From Stegostoma tigrinum (Eukaryota), in NCBI RefSeq assembly GCF_030684315.1, contig NC_081391.1, positions 19,986,629 through 20,050,628 on the forward strand: a stretch of DNA of 64,000 nucleotides, written 5' to 3'. The position numbers were made by a program, and so were the translations under genes. Below the pieces are notes generated by a model that saw only the letters and a list, made by a program, of their open reading frames with translations, had not been told where the DNA came from and did not search any database. Positions 1 to 12,650 of the stretch are shown one piece after another (the stretch's first letter is position 1; each line of letters opens with the position of its first letter).

Positions 1-660
1 CCCTGGTCCCGGTAACACCTTTGTAAATCTTTCCGGCACCCTCTGCAATTTAATAACTTCCTTCCTATAGCAGGGTTCCCAGGACTGTACACAGTACTCC
101 AAATGGGGCCGTGCCAATGTCCTGTCCAGCTGCAACATGACATCCCAATTCCTATTCCCAATGCTCTGACCAATGAAGGCAAGCATGCCAAATACCTTCT
201 TCAGCACCTGATTTACAGATGACACCGACTTCAACAAACTATGTGCCTGAACCCATGTGCTGTACCTTTAACTGTGCAAGCCTCACCCTGGTTTGTTCTA
301 TCAAAGTTAAACTCCATCTCCCACTCCTCAGCCCTTTGGCCCAGTTCATTCAGATCCCATTGTTCTTAAGTAACCTTCTTCACTGGCCACCTCACCAATT
401 TTGGTGTCAGCTGCACCTTACCAACCATACTTACTAGATTATCATCCAAATTGTTTATGTGAGTGATGAACAGTGGACCCAGCCCCCATCCCTAGAGAAC
501 ACCACTGATCATTGACATCAGCTGTGAAAATATCAACCCTCCGCCACCATCCTGTGTCCTAGTGTCAAGCCAACTTTGTAGCCAATTGGCTAGCTCGCCA
601 CATAATCTAACTTCACATACTAGCCTGCCATGCAACTGCTTAGATCTGGCAGCGCTATTG
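1..660 (-). mobile_element. Degenerate CR1/L2-clade LINE fragment (RT region)
   Basis: Minus-strand translation GELANWLQSWLDTRTQ...SGVL resembles the CR1 RT segment preceding SGVPQGS; boundaries approximate. Confidence 0.6.
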
Positions 661-699
661 TAAGTGAAGCATAATGCAGGAAAAGGAGTTTGTTCGTTT

Positions 700-1420
700 T
701 GACAGGACAGGAAAATTGCATCTAACAGATGAGGCAATGATTGGTGATGCAGAGGAATGTGTGCGTTCTGCATGAGTGAGGGTATTAGAATGCAGACAGA
801 GGGATTGGTTGTGAGAGCTAATGGGATATTATCATTTATCACAGAAAGTGCCAAGTTGGAGATTGATTTTCACTTACGCAGGGCATGGAAAAGACCATCC
901 CTTGACTACTAGTCACATTTGAGGATAGTAAATGCTTGTGAAATGTCAGAATCATTTCTAATCTAATAACTGATCAAGGGGCAGATTATCTTATGATAGA
1001 GTGCGGCTGTATCTGCTGGATACAAAGGAGGTGCAACATAATTAGGAAACCCCGAAAAGGACTGTGCAGAACTGATGTTGAGAGAATGTAACTTCTCTGG
1101 TTGGAGCTAGAGAACAGGTGTTAGTTAAACCAGGTGGCAGAAAAATTTTCAGGGTTAAGAATGGGAAGCAGAGTTCTTGAAAATCAAGGGAGAGGTGCAT
1201 AGATTCGTGTTAAACAGAAAGTTCTTGGGAAGAGAAGAATGCAGATTTAAATTGAAAGGTTAAATTAAGGCTGATCCAATCATAAGGAGTAAACTTGAAA
1301 GACTGAATGACCTACCCTACTATTAGTTTGAAAGAGGGAATAAAAATCCCTTTTGAGGTCTGGCTGCTGTGACCATTGCCAGTCGATATTTAAGTCACTG
1401 TTGCAGCGATAGACAGTGAT
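700..1420. repeat. 3' flank of copy A, diverged duplicate of the 3' flank of copy B (about 6070-6860)
   Basis: Shared colinear blocks, e.g. aaattgcatctaacagatgaggca / aaattgtatctaagcactgaggca, tactagtcacattt, ggctgatccaatca, gctgtgaccattgccag / gctgtggccattgtcag. Confidence 0.75.
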
Positions 1421-1615
1421 TACAAGTGGATTCCTGCTTTGAGGAACAGTCACTGGACCTAAAGAGCCTACTCTACTGCTTTCACTTCACACAAGTCCTG
1501 CCAGACCTCTCGGGTTTTTCGAAATACTGTTTATTTTCATAAATTAGACAAACGCCGTTTGTGAAAGCATATTTATTTCCAGCAGATGAAGAAGCTGAGA
1601 ATTAGCAACAATTCA

Positions 1616-1858
<243 letters not shown>

Positions 1859-2129
1859 TCAATGCCCAGTGTCTTTGGACTACATACAGAAGTGTAGCAG
1901 CTGAGGTTGAACCGTCTTTTAAATAAAATTCCTGCTTTCAAATACTGAGGTGACCCAAATTTCATCTTGCAGTTGCCGGAGAGGCTTGTACATTGAGCTA
2001 AGGAACATACTGGTTAAGTAGACAAAATTATTGGCAGCTTTATCAGTTCACCACAAAAATAAGTCTGTATGTCTCCAAATGAAGGTATATTTTGGATCCC
2101 TTAGGCCATTTAATAAGTTCCCAGATAGA

Positions 2130-2960
2130 CCATAAGACATATTTGCAGAAGTTAGGCCATTTAGCCCAGAATCTGTTCTACCATTCAATGATGGCTTATA
2201 TGTTTCTCAACCCCATTCTTGTGCTTTCTCCATTCCCTTTTGACAATCAAGAATCTTTCTGTCTTAAAGATGGAGAATGACCTAACCTCCACAGCCTTCT
2301 ATGGCAATGATTTCCATCGATTCCCATTCTGGTTGAACAAGTTTGTCCTTTTCTGTTCTATCTCTAAATCTGTGTCCTCATCTTCTAGCCTCTCCTGCCA
2401 ATGGAAGCATCTTCCCCATGCCCACTGTGCCCAGGCTGCTCAGTATTTGGACTGTTTCAGTTGGATCCCTTTCATCCTTCTAAACTCCATTGAGTATACA
2501 CCCAGCGTCCTCAAACATTCCGTCACATTTCTGGGATCATTCTCATGAAGGTCCCCTGGACCAGATCCAGGGCCAGTCCATCCTACTTGAGGTATCGGGC
2601 CCAAAATTGCTCACAACGTTCCAAATCCAGTCTGACCACAGCTTTAGAAAACCACAGAAGTACATACCTGCTTTTATATCCTCGTTCTCTTGAAATAAAT
2701 GCCAAGATTTTATTTGCTTTCCCAACTGATTCAAGCTGTAAGTCTACCTTTAGAGAATTCTGGACTTCAACTCTCAAGTCCTTTTGCACTCCCGGTTTCT
2801 GCATTTTCTCCCCATTTAGAAAACAGCATGCCTCTAATCTTCCTAGAGGAGTGCATGATCTCATTTTCCCACAACGTATCCCATCTGCCTCCATTTTGCC
2901 CTGTGATTCTCCCCACTCCACCTGGACATTGGCATCCCCTGTGTTCACTTGCCTCACTTT
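2130..2960 (-). mobile_element. CR1/HER1-like LINE 3' fragment
   Basis: ORF 2583-2957 KANKILAFISRERGYKSRYVLLWFSKAVVRLDLERCEQFW matches the CR1 ORF2 C-terminus, also seen less decayed at 35621-36220. Confidence 0.8.
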
Positions 2961-4377
2961 TCTAACACACCTTCATCTCCTGGTCTATCGCGTGCTCCAA
3001 ATCCAGACACTACTGTTGAGGCCTGCGTATAACTCCTATTATGGTTTTTTTAACCTTTGCAATTTCTCAACTACCCAAGGATTCTACATCTGACCCTACG
3101 CTGTTTCTTGCTATTGAAGCAATTTTACTTTTTACGAATAAGGCAACCCTACTCCCTCTGCCCACGTTGATAGGATATACAGCTCCCAGTCCTGATCCCT
3201 TTGCAGCCATGTCTCCATCACATCATACCTGCGAACTGTGATCTGCACCACAAACACATGTACCTTATTTTGTATATTGCATGCATTCTGAAACCAAACC
3301 GATATTGACTGCCCCTCTTCTCATTGCCATTTGTTTATCTAGTGTGGTTGAAGTTTTATTCTTTACCCTTTCCCAATTGTCCTATTGTGTGTTCTGGAAA
3401 CCTTAAGTAACCTCTCCCACGTTCTCCTGTTCCATTTTGTCACACTTTTCCTTACTGTTGGATTCATCCCCACAGGCGTTAACCTGCTGTTTTGTTTCCC
3501 TGTTGACTTCTCTACGCTTTATTCTCCCATCCCACCCCCACTTCCTAGTTTAAAGATGATTCTCTTTAAGATTTTACATTCCTATTTATCCCAATAACTC
3601 AATCCCTTTGCCTAAGAGCCTATCCACCCCTCTGAGAATGAAATGGCACCATCTCCTGGTGAGTTCCAAAATCACAAAACTCTCATGTTTCTCTTGACCT
3701 GAACGGCCATGTCCCAATTAACCAGCTGTCACTTGTGAACTTGATATGTTTAGAATTGGCAATATGCTGTTGTCCATAGTAGCCTAATAGACCATTTTAT
3801 ACCCACTGTTTCTCATTTGTTTGAGACCAGTCATTACATGTTTATATAGTTTTCAGTTGTACAACTGAGAATTGATACCAGTAAGCCAATAATCCATTCA
3901 ATGCCTTCCATCTTACTTAAATTTATACAAGGGACAAATATTAGTGAAGCAGGGAAGAGCTCACATGAGGGTTGATGTGGTAAGAGGTGAGTTTGTGTAG
4001 ATCCAGCAGACTCTGGTTCACATCCTTCTCCATCTGCAGAGCTCTCTGCATTGCCTCCAGACCACTGCCCCACTCATCCTGCTCTAGCTTCTGAAAGCAG
4101 CATAAGGCAGTTCCAACTACTAGTTGCTCATCAGCACTACCGCAGAGCAGACCAAAGGTCACATTAAGGGATGCTGACAACTGTTGCACACAATTGACAC
4201 TGGAGAACGCAGGAACAGGAGGTCAACTCCCTTTTCTCCTGCGTCCATTCTTTCATGGGTGCCACTGTCAGTACTTGTTACTCATTCCCAATTGCCCCTG
4301 ACCAGAGTTTTTCCTCAGCCATTCTGGAGGTCAGTTGAGAGTTAAATTATGTTGCAGTAAGTCTGGAATCATGTGTC

Positions 4378-4640
4378 ATAGAATGATGAATCCATACAGT
4401 GTGGAAGTAGGCCATTGGCCCATCAAGTCATCACTGACCTGTTAATGATCACCCTTCACAGAGCCACCCCATCCCTGTAACCCTGTATTTTTCCTGTGGC
4501 TAGTTGCCCCAAACTGCACATCTTTGCATTGTGGGAGCAAAGCACACAGATAACAGGAGAATGAGCAAACTCCACAGGCAGTCATCCATGGGTGGATTGA
4601 ACACAGAGCCTTGGCACTGAGGCAGAAGAGCAACCTCTGT
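4378..4640 (-). mobile_element. tRNA-derived shark SINE (HE1-like), degenerate
   Basis: Reverse complement shows a tRNA-like head, the gtggagtttgc...ttctcc core, ctcccacaatgcaaagatgtgcag and a LINE-like tail; recognised from memory of HE1/V-SINE consensus. Confidence 0.6.
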
Positions 4641-6674
4641 GCAGACCAGGCAAGATGCTAGATTTATTCAGCTGTAAGATGTATTAGATAACCACACTTC
4701 ACTTTAATGTTAAACAGTTGCATGGTCACTGTTGCGTCCACTTTGATATCTCAATTTAAATTTTCAAAACAGATAGCTGACATAGGATTTGAACCCACAT
4801 TCCCAAAATATTACCTTCACTTTCTGAAAGACAGAGACATGACAGTTATGCCTTCCCAATATCTTAGCTTGAGGAAGCTTTACAGGGCTTTGAGATGCTG
4901 CAGGTTTCTAGATGTAATTACACAGCTGCATTAAAAATATTTAAAAGCCCCATTTCCCACTATTAAACCACATCAGTAAATTGGATAATCCTGTCTCCCC
5001 TCATATTGGGACTTAAATATTCCAAGAGGAACTTGAAAATTCTAAACAATGGCCAATATTACTTTCCATAAAAAGTGCCTTACATTTTGATCTGGCACCT
5101 TTTTGTCTAAAGAGTTTCTGGACCAGTAATCTCTTAATCTGCAGTTGCATGTACTCCTGAGACCTAGGCCATCTCACCTGCCATGTTGGCTGAGGAAGAA
5201 ACCTAGGTTAAGTAGGATAGCTCAAAAGTAGATGACAACATTTTACCCCAATTACCTTTTGTACCCAGATTCATATCTGATTGATGGCTGCTTCCAGTTC
5301 CTTCAATTGAGGAATACTACCATCAATTCTCATCGAGGAGGATTTGCCACACATTTTATCAGGCACCCTGAATCTAATCTGGATATCCTGCAGGAGGACT
5401 CGGCCTCCACGTTTATTCTGGAATGCCATCAGTTTCTCAGCGTGTTCCCATTCCTCATGGGACTGCTCCATGAAGAACTCAGCAAATTGACGCAGGGCAA
5501 CATCATCCCGGTCAAAGTAAGTAGAGAAGAGGAGAAAAATCAGGTTAGACTGTGCCCAAGTTAAAACACAGAATCTAATGTTCCTCCTGTTGAAGAATTA
5601 GGATCATTACACCCCTCAAGAACAAGATGGAAGGAATAAACCAGGAAGTGCTAGAGAGAACTAGTAGCCAGAGATTTTGAATATCAAAAAGTTTAGAAAG
5701 ATTTTGACCGAAGTATCACTAAATGACTGATCAGAATATGGATGTGGGTAGATAGATTTGTGGATTGACTTTATAAAATCACAAACGTAAGACATAGGAG
5801 CAGAATTAGGTCTTTTGACCCATTGAGCCTGCACCACCATTCAGTCATGACTGTTGGTTCTCAACCCCTATTGTCCTACCTTCTGTGACCCTTGAACTCT
5901 TTTACCAATCACCCTATTTACATGTGACATCTTTCAAAGAGCTACGTGCTGAACCCTTTGGTCTCTGCTTGACATTCGTCCTCTGCCCTGGTTTGTTTTA
6001 ATCAGACTGCAAGGCCTCTCTTCTATGCAAAGGTTAAAGTTGGTAAAACTGATGTAAATGAAGCAAAAAAAATGCAAGAAAAGGAGGTTGCCTACTTTGG
6101 CATGAACAGAAAATTGTATCTAAGCACTGAGGCAGTGTTTGGAGATACAGAGGGCGTGTGTTCTACATGAATAAGGATATGAGCAATCAGGTACAGGGAC
6201 TGGTCGTGATCTTGAGCTATTTGGATATTACCATTGAGCACAGGAAATTGGGTTTCAGCTAGGGTCCAGTACTAGTCACATTTGTGGATGACAAGATGTT
6301 TGTGCAATGGCAGAAGCCTCTCATCTACCACCTGATAAAGGGGGCAGGCTATCTTAGGACAGACTGCAGCTGTAATTGCCAGGTAGATAATGAGAGGCAA
6401 CTTAAGTATACAAGATTGAGAAGGACTGGGCAGAATTGATTGAGTATATATCTCTCGCTTCCACTAGAAGATAAAGATATTAGTTGAACTAGCTCGTGGA
6501 AAATCCTGAGGGTTAAAGAACTGGAAGCAGACGTCTTGAATACTAAGGCTGAAGTGGGTAGATTTATTAAGCAAAGTTCTTGAAGGCAGGAATGCAGATT
6601 AAGGTTCAAAATCAAATCATGGCTGATCCAATCAAATGGAGTAAATTCAAACAATTAAGTTGACTATTAGTTCC

Positions 6675-6774
6675 CACTCTCTGATGAAGGGTCTAGGCCC
6701 GAAACGTCAGCTTTTGTGCTCCCGAGATGCTGCTGGGCCTGCTGTGTTCATCCAGCCTCACATTTTATTATCTC
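6675..6774 (+). mobile_element. Short 3' fragment of Penelope-like element with hammerhead-like motif
   Basis: ctgatgaagggtctaggcccgaaacgtcagcttttgtgct...cacattttatta is nearly identical to 53746-53835, the tail of the GIY-YIG element. Confidence 0.85.
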
Positions 6775-7101
6775 TTTGCTCCTGTTGATTTAGTGGTCTA
6801 ACAGCTGTGGCCATTGTCAGCTAACATTTAAGACACTGCAGTGATGGATAGTGGTTTGTTAGATAACTTGATTGGTTACTGGATCCCAAGTGTCAACTCT
6901 GCTTTCTCTTCACAAATGCTACCCAATCCTGTTGAGTTCTTTTCACCCTGCTCACGACCCGCGCCCCCCCCCCCCCCACAATAATCACTTCAGAATTAAA
7001 CAAGTAACAGTTGTCAATGACCAATTTATTTCTACAACAGCAGATGGAAAAACCTGGAAAATTAGCAACAAGTCATTCACAATGGTGACCAAAATTGCCA
7101 C

Positions 7102-10100
7102 TCAGCCGAGTGTGAGCCTGTCAAACAGGTACTCTCCCATGCCATTGGCAGGGGCTCCCAGTCTCTTCAGGTTGGTGATGTGATCTCCCAGCTTCTTGAT
7201 CATCTTCACTTGCTCATCCAAGTAGTGCCTCTCCACGAAGTCACACAGCTGGACAAAGAAAAAAAAAGGTCAACCTAAACAAACAGAGTTCCCAATAAAT
7301 ACAGTGGCTCAATAGGGTCATGCATCAGTTTTAGTATTGGAAAATTAGAACTCACTCTTCAAATCTGAATCTTCTAGTGCCTCTTGACTGCTTTGAATCC
7401 CTGGTAAGTTTGGATATTCCTAACAGACTTCATCTTCATTAAAAGCTTTCAATTGTCCTAAAGCAGAGGAGCTGTTCACTGGCACTAATGTTGCTGAAGC
7501 AGTGTAGAAATTTCAGATTGCCTCCAATGTTCAAATGGAGGCAAATTCATTCAGACTAACATTTAATATCTTAGGAATGCTGTCAATTTGTATTCAGGTT
7601 TAGATTAAAATGGTCCTACTGCAAAGATTCAGCGTTGTCTAGTTCTTTTCGTCACAGTCAAGAAAGATTCTCAAAGTGAAAGATTAAAAAAACTCACATG
7701 AGGGTTCGTGTGGCCAGAGGCGAGTTTGTGCAGATCCAGCAGACTCTGGTTCACATCCTTCTCCATCTGCAGAGCTCTCTGCATTGCCTCCAGACCATTG
7801 CCCCACTCATCCTGCTTTGACTTCTTGGGTGCCAGGAGGAAATTGAAAATATAAAAAGTACATCCCATCAGCAAGTGATCACATCAAGCAAGTTAACAAG
7901 GATGTGCTATGTTGGACATTGTTAGTAGGATAAAAGTCAATCCTTCTTGAAGACCCCCAGTAAGTCTGTTGGGCATTACAACGTGCTAGTGGCAAGTTCT
8001 GATCCAAAAATATCATCTGCCTTAAGGCAGGAAACTCAAAGGAAAAAAAAAGGTGTTCCAAATACAAATAGAGCACTAATGTAGTAAAATCCCAGTAACT
8101 GAGCCAGAAATACATCTCCTGTGAACATTAAAGACAGCCACTGGATTAAGTTAAGCTTTTGGGGGGGGGGGGGGGGGGGTGCGGTGGTGGCGGTAGAAAG
8201 GGGAAGAAAAAAACAAAAATGTTTGCCATTGCCACCAATTTTTTAGGACAACTGCATTCCAGTTTATCCAATTACACAATGATTGCTACTAATTTCATTG
8301 TACTTTTCAGTCAGAAATCAGGGTTTCTACTGGTAGTATCCCTGCTTCTGAACCAGGGCTGAGCAACATCTGAAGGTTAATTAGAAATTCTAAGCCACTA
8401 ATTCCACGTAGCTGTCATTATCCTCATGTAGAAAGAGAATGTCCCATTAAGCCAAAACAAGCTAGCCTTTAGAAAGTGAAAGTCTTTCAGAAGCAGTTGT
8501 CAGTCTAACCTTAATGTCCTGCAGGAGGACCCTGCCTCCACGTTTATTCTGGAATGCCATCATTTTCTCAGCATGTTCCCATTCCTCGTGGGACTGCTCC
8601 TTGAAGAACTCAGCAAAGTGACGCAGGGCAACATCATCCCGGTCAAAGTAAGAGAACTGCATACAGAGGGAGTGGAAAGAGTGAGACCAGACATCATTGG
8701 ATGATAATGCCAATGGCTAAGTTACCTGCCATCAAGTACTGTGCTTCCAATTAAGCAGCTCACATTTTAGCCAAGAAATTGCTATTATTGGTTCCTTGTA
8801 ATGTTGGCAATTCTGATGAGGTACATGATTCAACTAGAAGATGGAACAGTCCCAATGTTGGAGAGTTCATTTTGATTGTTTAATAGATTTACAAAGGAAG
8901 TTACCTGAATGGGAGCATTTTTGTTTTAATAAGGTGCACCCCCACCTCAAAAAAGTGCTGGGGCCAGATGGTTGGCTTTGAGCTGGTAAAATTATGAGGG
9001 GGATAGGTACCAACAGTTGGAGGTCTTCCCTTCCCATCTCAGGGAGTCCAAAACTAGAGGGCATAGGTTTAAGGAGCGGGTGAGGAGAAAAGATTTAAAG
9101 TGGGGCCTGGGGGCTGGAGACAGGGGGCACACAACCACTTCTAGAGGTTAGTGGGTATCAGCCATGATCACAATGAATGGTGGTGCTGGCTCGAAGGGCT
9201 GAATGGCCGACTCCAGCACCTATTGACTATATGGAATGAACTGCCAGATAAAGCTGTTGTATCACCCTCCACAACTTTAAGACAAGTACACAGATATGAA
9301 AGGTTTAGAGGTACATGGGACCAGTTCAGATTGAGAAACCAGGCTGGTGTGAACAATTTGTGCTGAAATGTCTGTTTCTGTGCTGTATGAAACAGTCAGA
9401 CAAATGCTGGCTTAGATAAAAGCAGACAAATGGTTAGGAGGAAATCTCTCACATTCAGTATTGATGGTTGATCTGTGATCAACAGGCCAGGCCTGCCATC
9501 ACTTCTAACTGAAGAGTGTGCTAAAACTGATCACATCCAACAATTACAACATGAAAATTGGATTTCTTTCAAGTTGACCAGGTTCATGTATTTTAATGCC
9601 TCAGTTATTGGAGAAAATGCTTACTAGAGGCCAGCTCCTGAGATTTGTATGAGCACACCACAGGACAAGACATCAGGATCTGTTCTAATAATTCACAGCA
9701 ATAGCCTGAAGCCAATTCAATAGCCCATGGAAGTTCTATTTTAATGTAGAGTTGCCCACTTAGAGGTGGGAAGAAATTGGGATGGTTCTTCTTGGAGAGA
9801 TCAGACAGAGGTTTAAGACAAAAAGTAAGCAGGCTGGATAGGGAGAAACTCAGGTTGGTATAGATTTAAAATAAAATGCCCAAAGGAACATGGGACAATT
9901 GAGAAATCCTTTTCTGCAGTAGCTAGGGTATGGAATGCACTTCCTGCAAGTTTGAGGTACATTCAGGAGGGCATCAGATGGTGATCAAAAATCATGAAGC
10001 TCTGTGCAAGGGTTGGGTAGGGATAAGAAAGAAAAAAAATGGAGTTGGGTAATGCTCCCTGAAGTAAGTGAAATATCATGAGCTGAGTAGCCTCTTTGAG

Positions 10101-11340
10101 CTGCAAGAGACAATTTCAGAAACTTTTGCAGTTTCCTGCTTCTGTCCACAGAATTTCCTGAGACATTTAATGTCAGGATACAGGGTTTACATAGTTCCAT
10201 CCTTTCAAATGGAATTGAAGAGTGAAAGACTAATATCCTAGACATATTAAGAGAAGGGACAACAATGGGACTAATCCCCTTTCAGTAGCCAGAGGCGTTA
10301 TTCCAGTTTACTTAAATTGATTCAATTTTCAAGTCTTGTAGAACCTGAAGATATTTTATATGACAGTTTTGTGAATTTACAAATGAAAGCAAAAAAAAAT
10401 GTCATGTCAGACAGAGGCTGCAGTCTCCATGATAATAAGCCATGAGTTGGGAAATTGAAGAGGAAGAGGCTTTACTTCTGAAGTGTAAAAAAAAATTAAA
10501 AAAAAAGGAGGAAATCAGAACAGATGCAGAGAAAATTCAAAACTGGCAGCTCACTATGCTGTTTAACTATTCAGTCTTAAGGTTGTTGACTGAAGAATCA
10601 TTTGTCTAATGAAGGTTCTCTCAAGCACAATAAAAGCCCCTTCCTATAACAGCTCAGGAGTAAGTGGTAGAATAGAAAACTCCAAGATGTTTGTATTAAC
10701 CAATCCATCCAGCATCTATTTCTTTGCAAACTCCAGTTAATTTTCTTTTCCTTCTCAGGTCAAGCAAAAGAGAAGAGGGTGGGTGAAAAAAGTCTCCTAA
10801 ATAGCTAACTTGGAATGATTACATCATACAAGGGATACTAGCAAAAAGGTTTCAACACACAAGTTATTTTTATTGCCATAGAAATAAAAAGTAGTGGTGA
10901 AGTGAAGGCTCATATGCCAACAAGTTTGTCACTAAACATATAAACCTGGCCAACATTTAACATTTAAATGGAAAATCTAAAGTTAATAAGATGACTGTTT
11001 TAAAGGCAAAAAGGATATTAGAAAACCAAGCTTTAGATATTAACATTTGAGAACTTACAATTACAGAGTGGGTTGGGGTCTGAATATTATCAAACATTTT
11101 CACTATTTAGTCTCAGGAGGGCCACAAAAATGCATCCTCAACTAGATCATTGGCATAAAGACAGTACCTTCATAAAATAAAAAGAAAGGAAGGAGTAATC
11201 TTCCTTTTAAATTAAAGCTTAAAACTAATGAAACTCACCATGGAGAGGTAAACATAGGAAGAACAGAGCTCCAGGTTGATCTGCTTGTTAACAGCATCCT
11301 CACAGTCCTTGTGGTAGTTCTGACACACTTGGGAGGCCAT
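7102..11340 (-). CDS. Ferritin subunit (middle/heavy-B-like), copy B, intact, 173 aa
   Basis: Exons 11239-11340 ([34 protein letters not shown]), 8510-8656, 7698-7823 (AAG acceptor), 7102-7248 (ends DRLTLG*). GT-AG introns, all phase 0. AATAAA at 7025-7030. Confidence 0.93.
9010..9390 (+). mobile_element. CR1/HER1-like LINE 3' end fragments
   Basis: gagtccaaaactagagggcataggtttaag and the gaatggtggtgctggctcgaagggc...actccagcacctattg tail shared with 36240-36300. Confidence 0.65.
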
Positions 11341-11409
11341 TGTCACTCTCCCTGCTCACTATCACCTAGACAACTCTAGATCTAAGCCACTTTCCCACAA
11401 GCTCTTGAA

Positions 11410-11499
11410 TTTATAATTCTGGGAACATCCTGCACTCACCCAAGGAATGATGTCACCAATGATGATCGACAATCCTTAGTAGCCAATCAGGAGTCTCCC
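11410..11499 (-). promoter_or_regulatory. Core promoter of copy B: TATA, CRE-like, CCAAT, kappaB-like
   Basis: TATAAA 11410-11415 (minus), TGATGTCA 11448-11455 followed by CCAAT, second CCAAT, GGGAGACTCC 11490-11499 (minus). Order and spacing are conserved in other copies although flanks differ. Confidence 0.65.
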
Positions 11500-12434
11500 A
11501 TCAATCCAGGCACTCATGTAAGACAGGGAATGGTGTGTAACAGCCAGAGCCAAGCAGAGCAGAGCAATACAAATAGATTCAGATAATTTAGACCACGTAA
11601 ATAGGCAGAGACTATACAAAACCATTTCACCATTCAATTGGATCTTGGTTGGCTTACAGTTAAACTCTGAATATCTTATCTTCCTTCTATATCAACTTTA
11701 CACCCTTTGCTTAACAAATGATCACCAATCTCAGTCTAAAGTATTCAATTGAGTCAATATTCAATTAATGCTTTGAGAGAACAATATCCAGATTTAAGGT
11801 ATTCTTTGCGTGGGAAGTGAAGGAAACCAAAATGCACATCTCACTTCCTTCACCAAGGTCATTGCTAAACATGACCCCCAGGCCCATGTACAGGTTCCTG
11901 GGGAAAGATGGCCATAGCTTTGCTATTCAAGGTAGATAGCCATTAGCTCTCCTCTATCTCCCCCACCCTTACCAATTCCAAACCATTTCTGAAGGTTTCC
12001 TCCACATGCTTCACTTTCTTACAATTATTTTATGGACTCTTGTCTGTAATGGAATTTAGTTGCTGTGACTTTCTTTAAGTTGAAACTGATAGGATTCTCA
12101 AAATCAGATTTCCTCATATATTTTGGGAAATTCATCCCTGGAGACAACATTGAGCACAATTCTATCTGTGTTCACCCATCTCTTAACGAGTTGATACATC
12201 ACTCATCAGGTCCGGAAGATGTCAGTGATAATGACATTGATCACACCAATTGATGGATATTGACCTGCACTAGATTGCGGTCAATCTGTAAATCAAACAA
12301 GTTGGTGATGTTCATCGACAAGATGCCTCAACCAGAATTCTACTGTTCCCATTACCATCAAGTTTTGAGTGGACTTCTTTCTTGTTAATGACAAACCATA
12401 CCCAGTCTAATGTGCTGTTGCTTCTGCAAATTAT

Positions 12435-12650
12435 AGAATCATAGAACCCCTACAGTGTGAAAACAAGCCATTCAGCCCAACAAGTTCACACTGACCATCT
12501 GAAGAGCATCCCACCCAGACTCATCCCTCTACTCTTTCCTTATAACCCTGCATTTTCCCCACGGCTAACACAACTAATTGGCACGTCCCTGAACACTGTG
12601 GGCAACTTAGCATAGACAATTCACCAAGCCTGCACATCGTTGGATTGATA
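12435..12650 (-). mobile_element. Partial HE1-like SINE 3' half
   Basis: Similar to 4378-4530 (tacagtgtg...gccatt...cccatc/aacaagt, taaccctgcatttt, ctgcacatc). Confidence 0.55.

Noticed and set aside
5271-5305. Read-through translation [10 protein letters not shown] resembling ferritin exon 1 ([11 protein letters not shown])
   Set aside because: Only about 10 codons, needs a gap, lies inside intron 2 and has no flanking exon-1 similarity; probably chance.
8159-8190. Poly-G tract and Gly-rich ORF; also poly-C 6964-6977 and poly-A 15391-15407
   Set aside because: Simple intronic or intergenic homopolymers not shared among paralogs.
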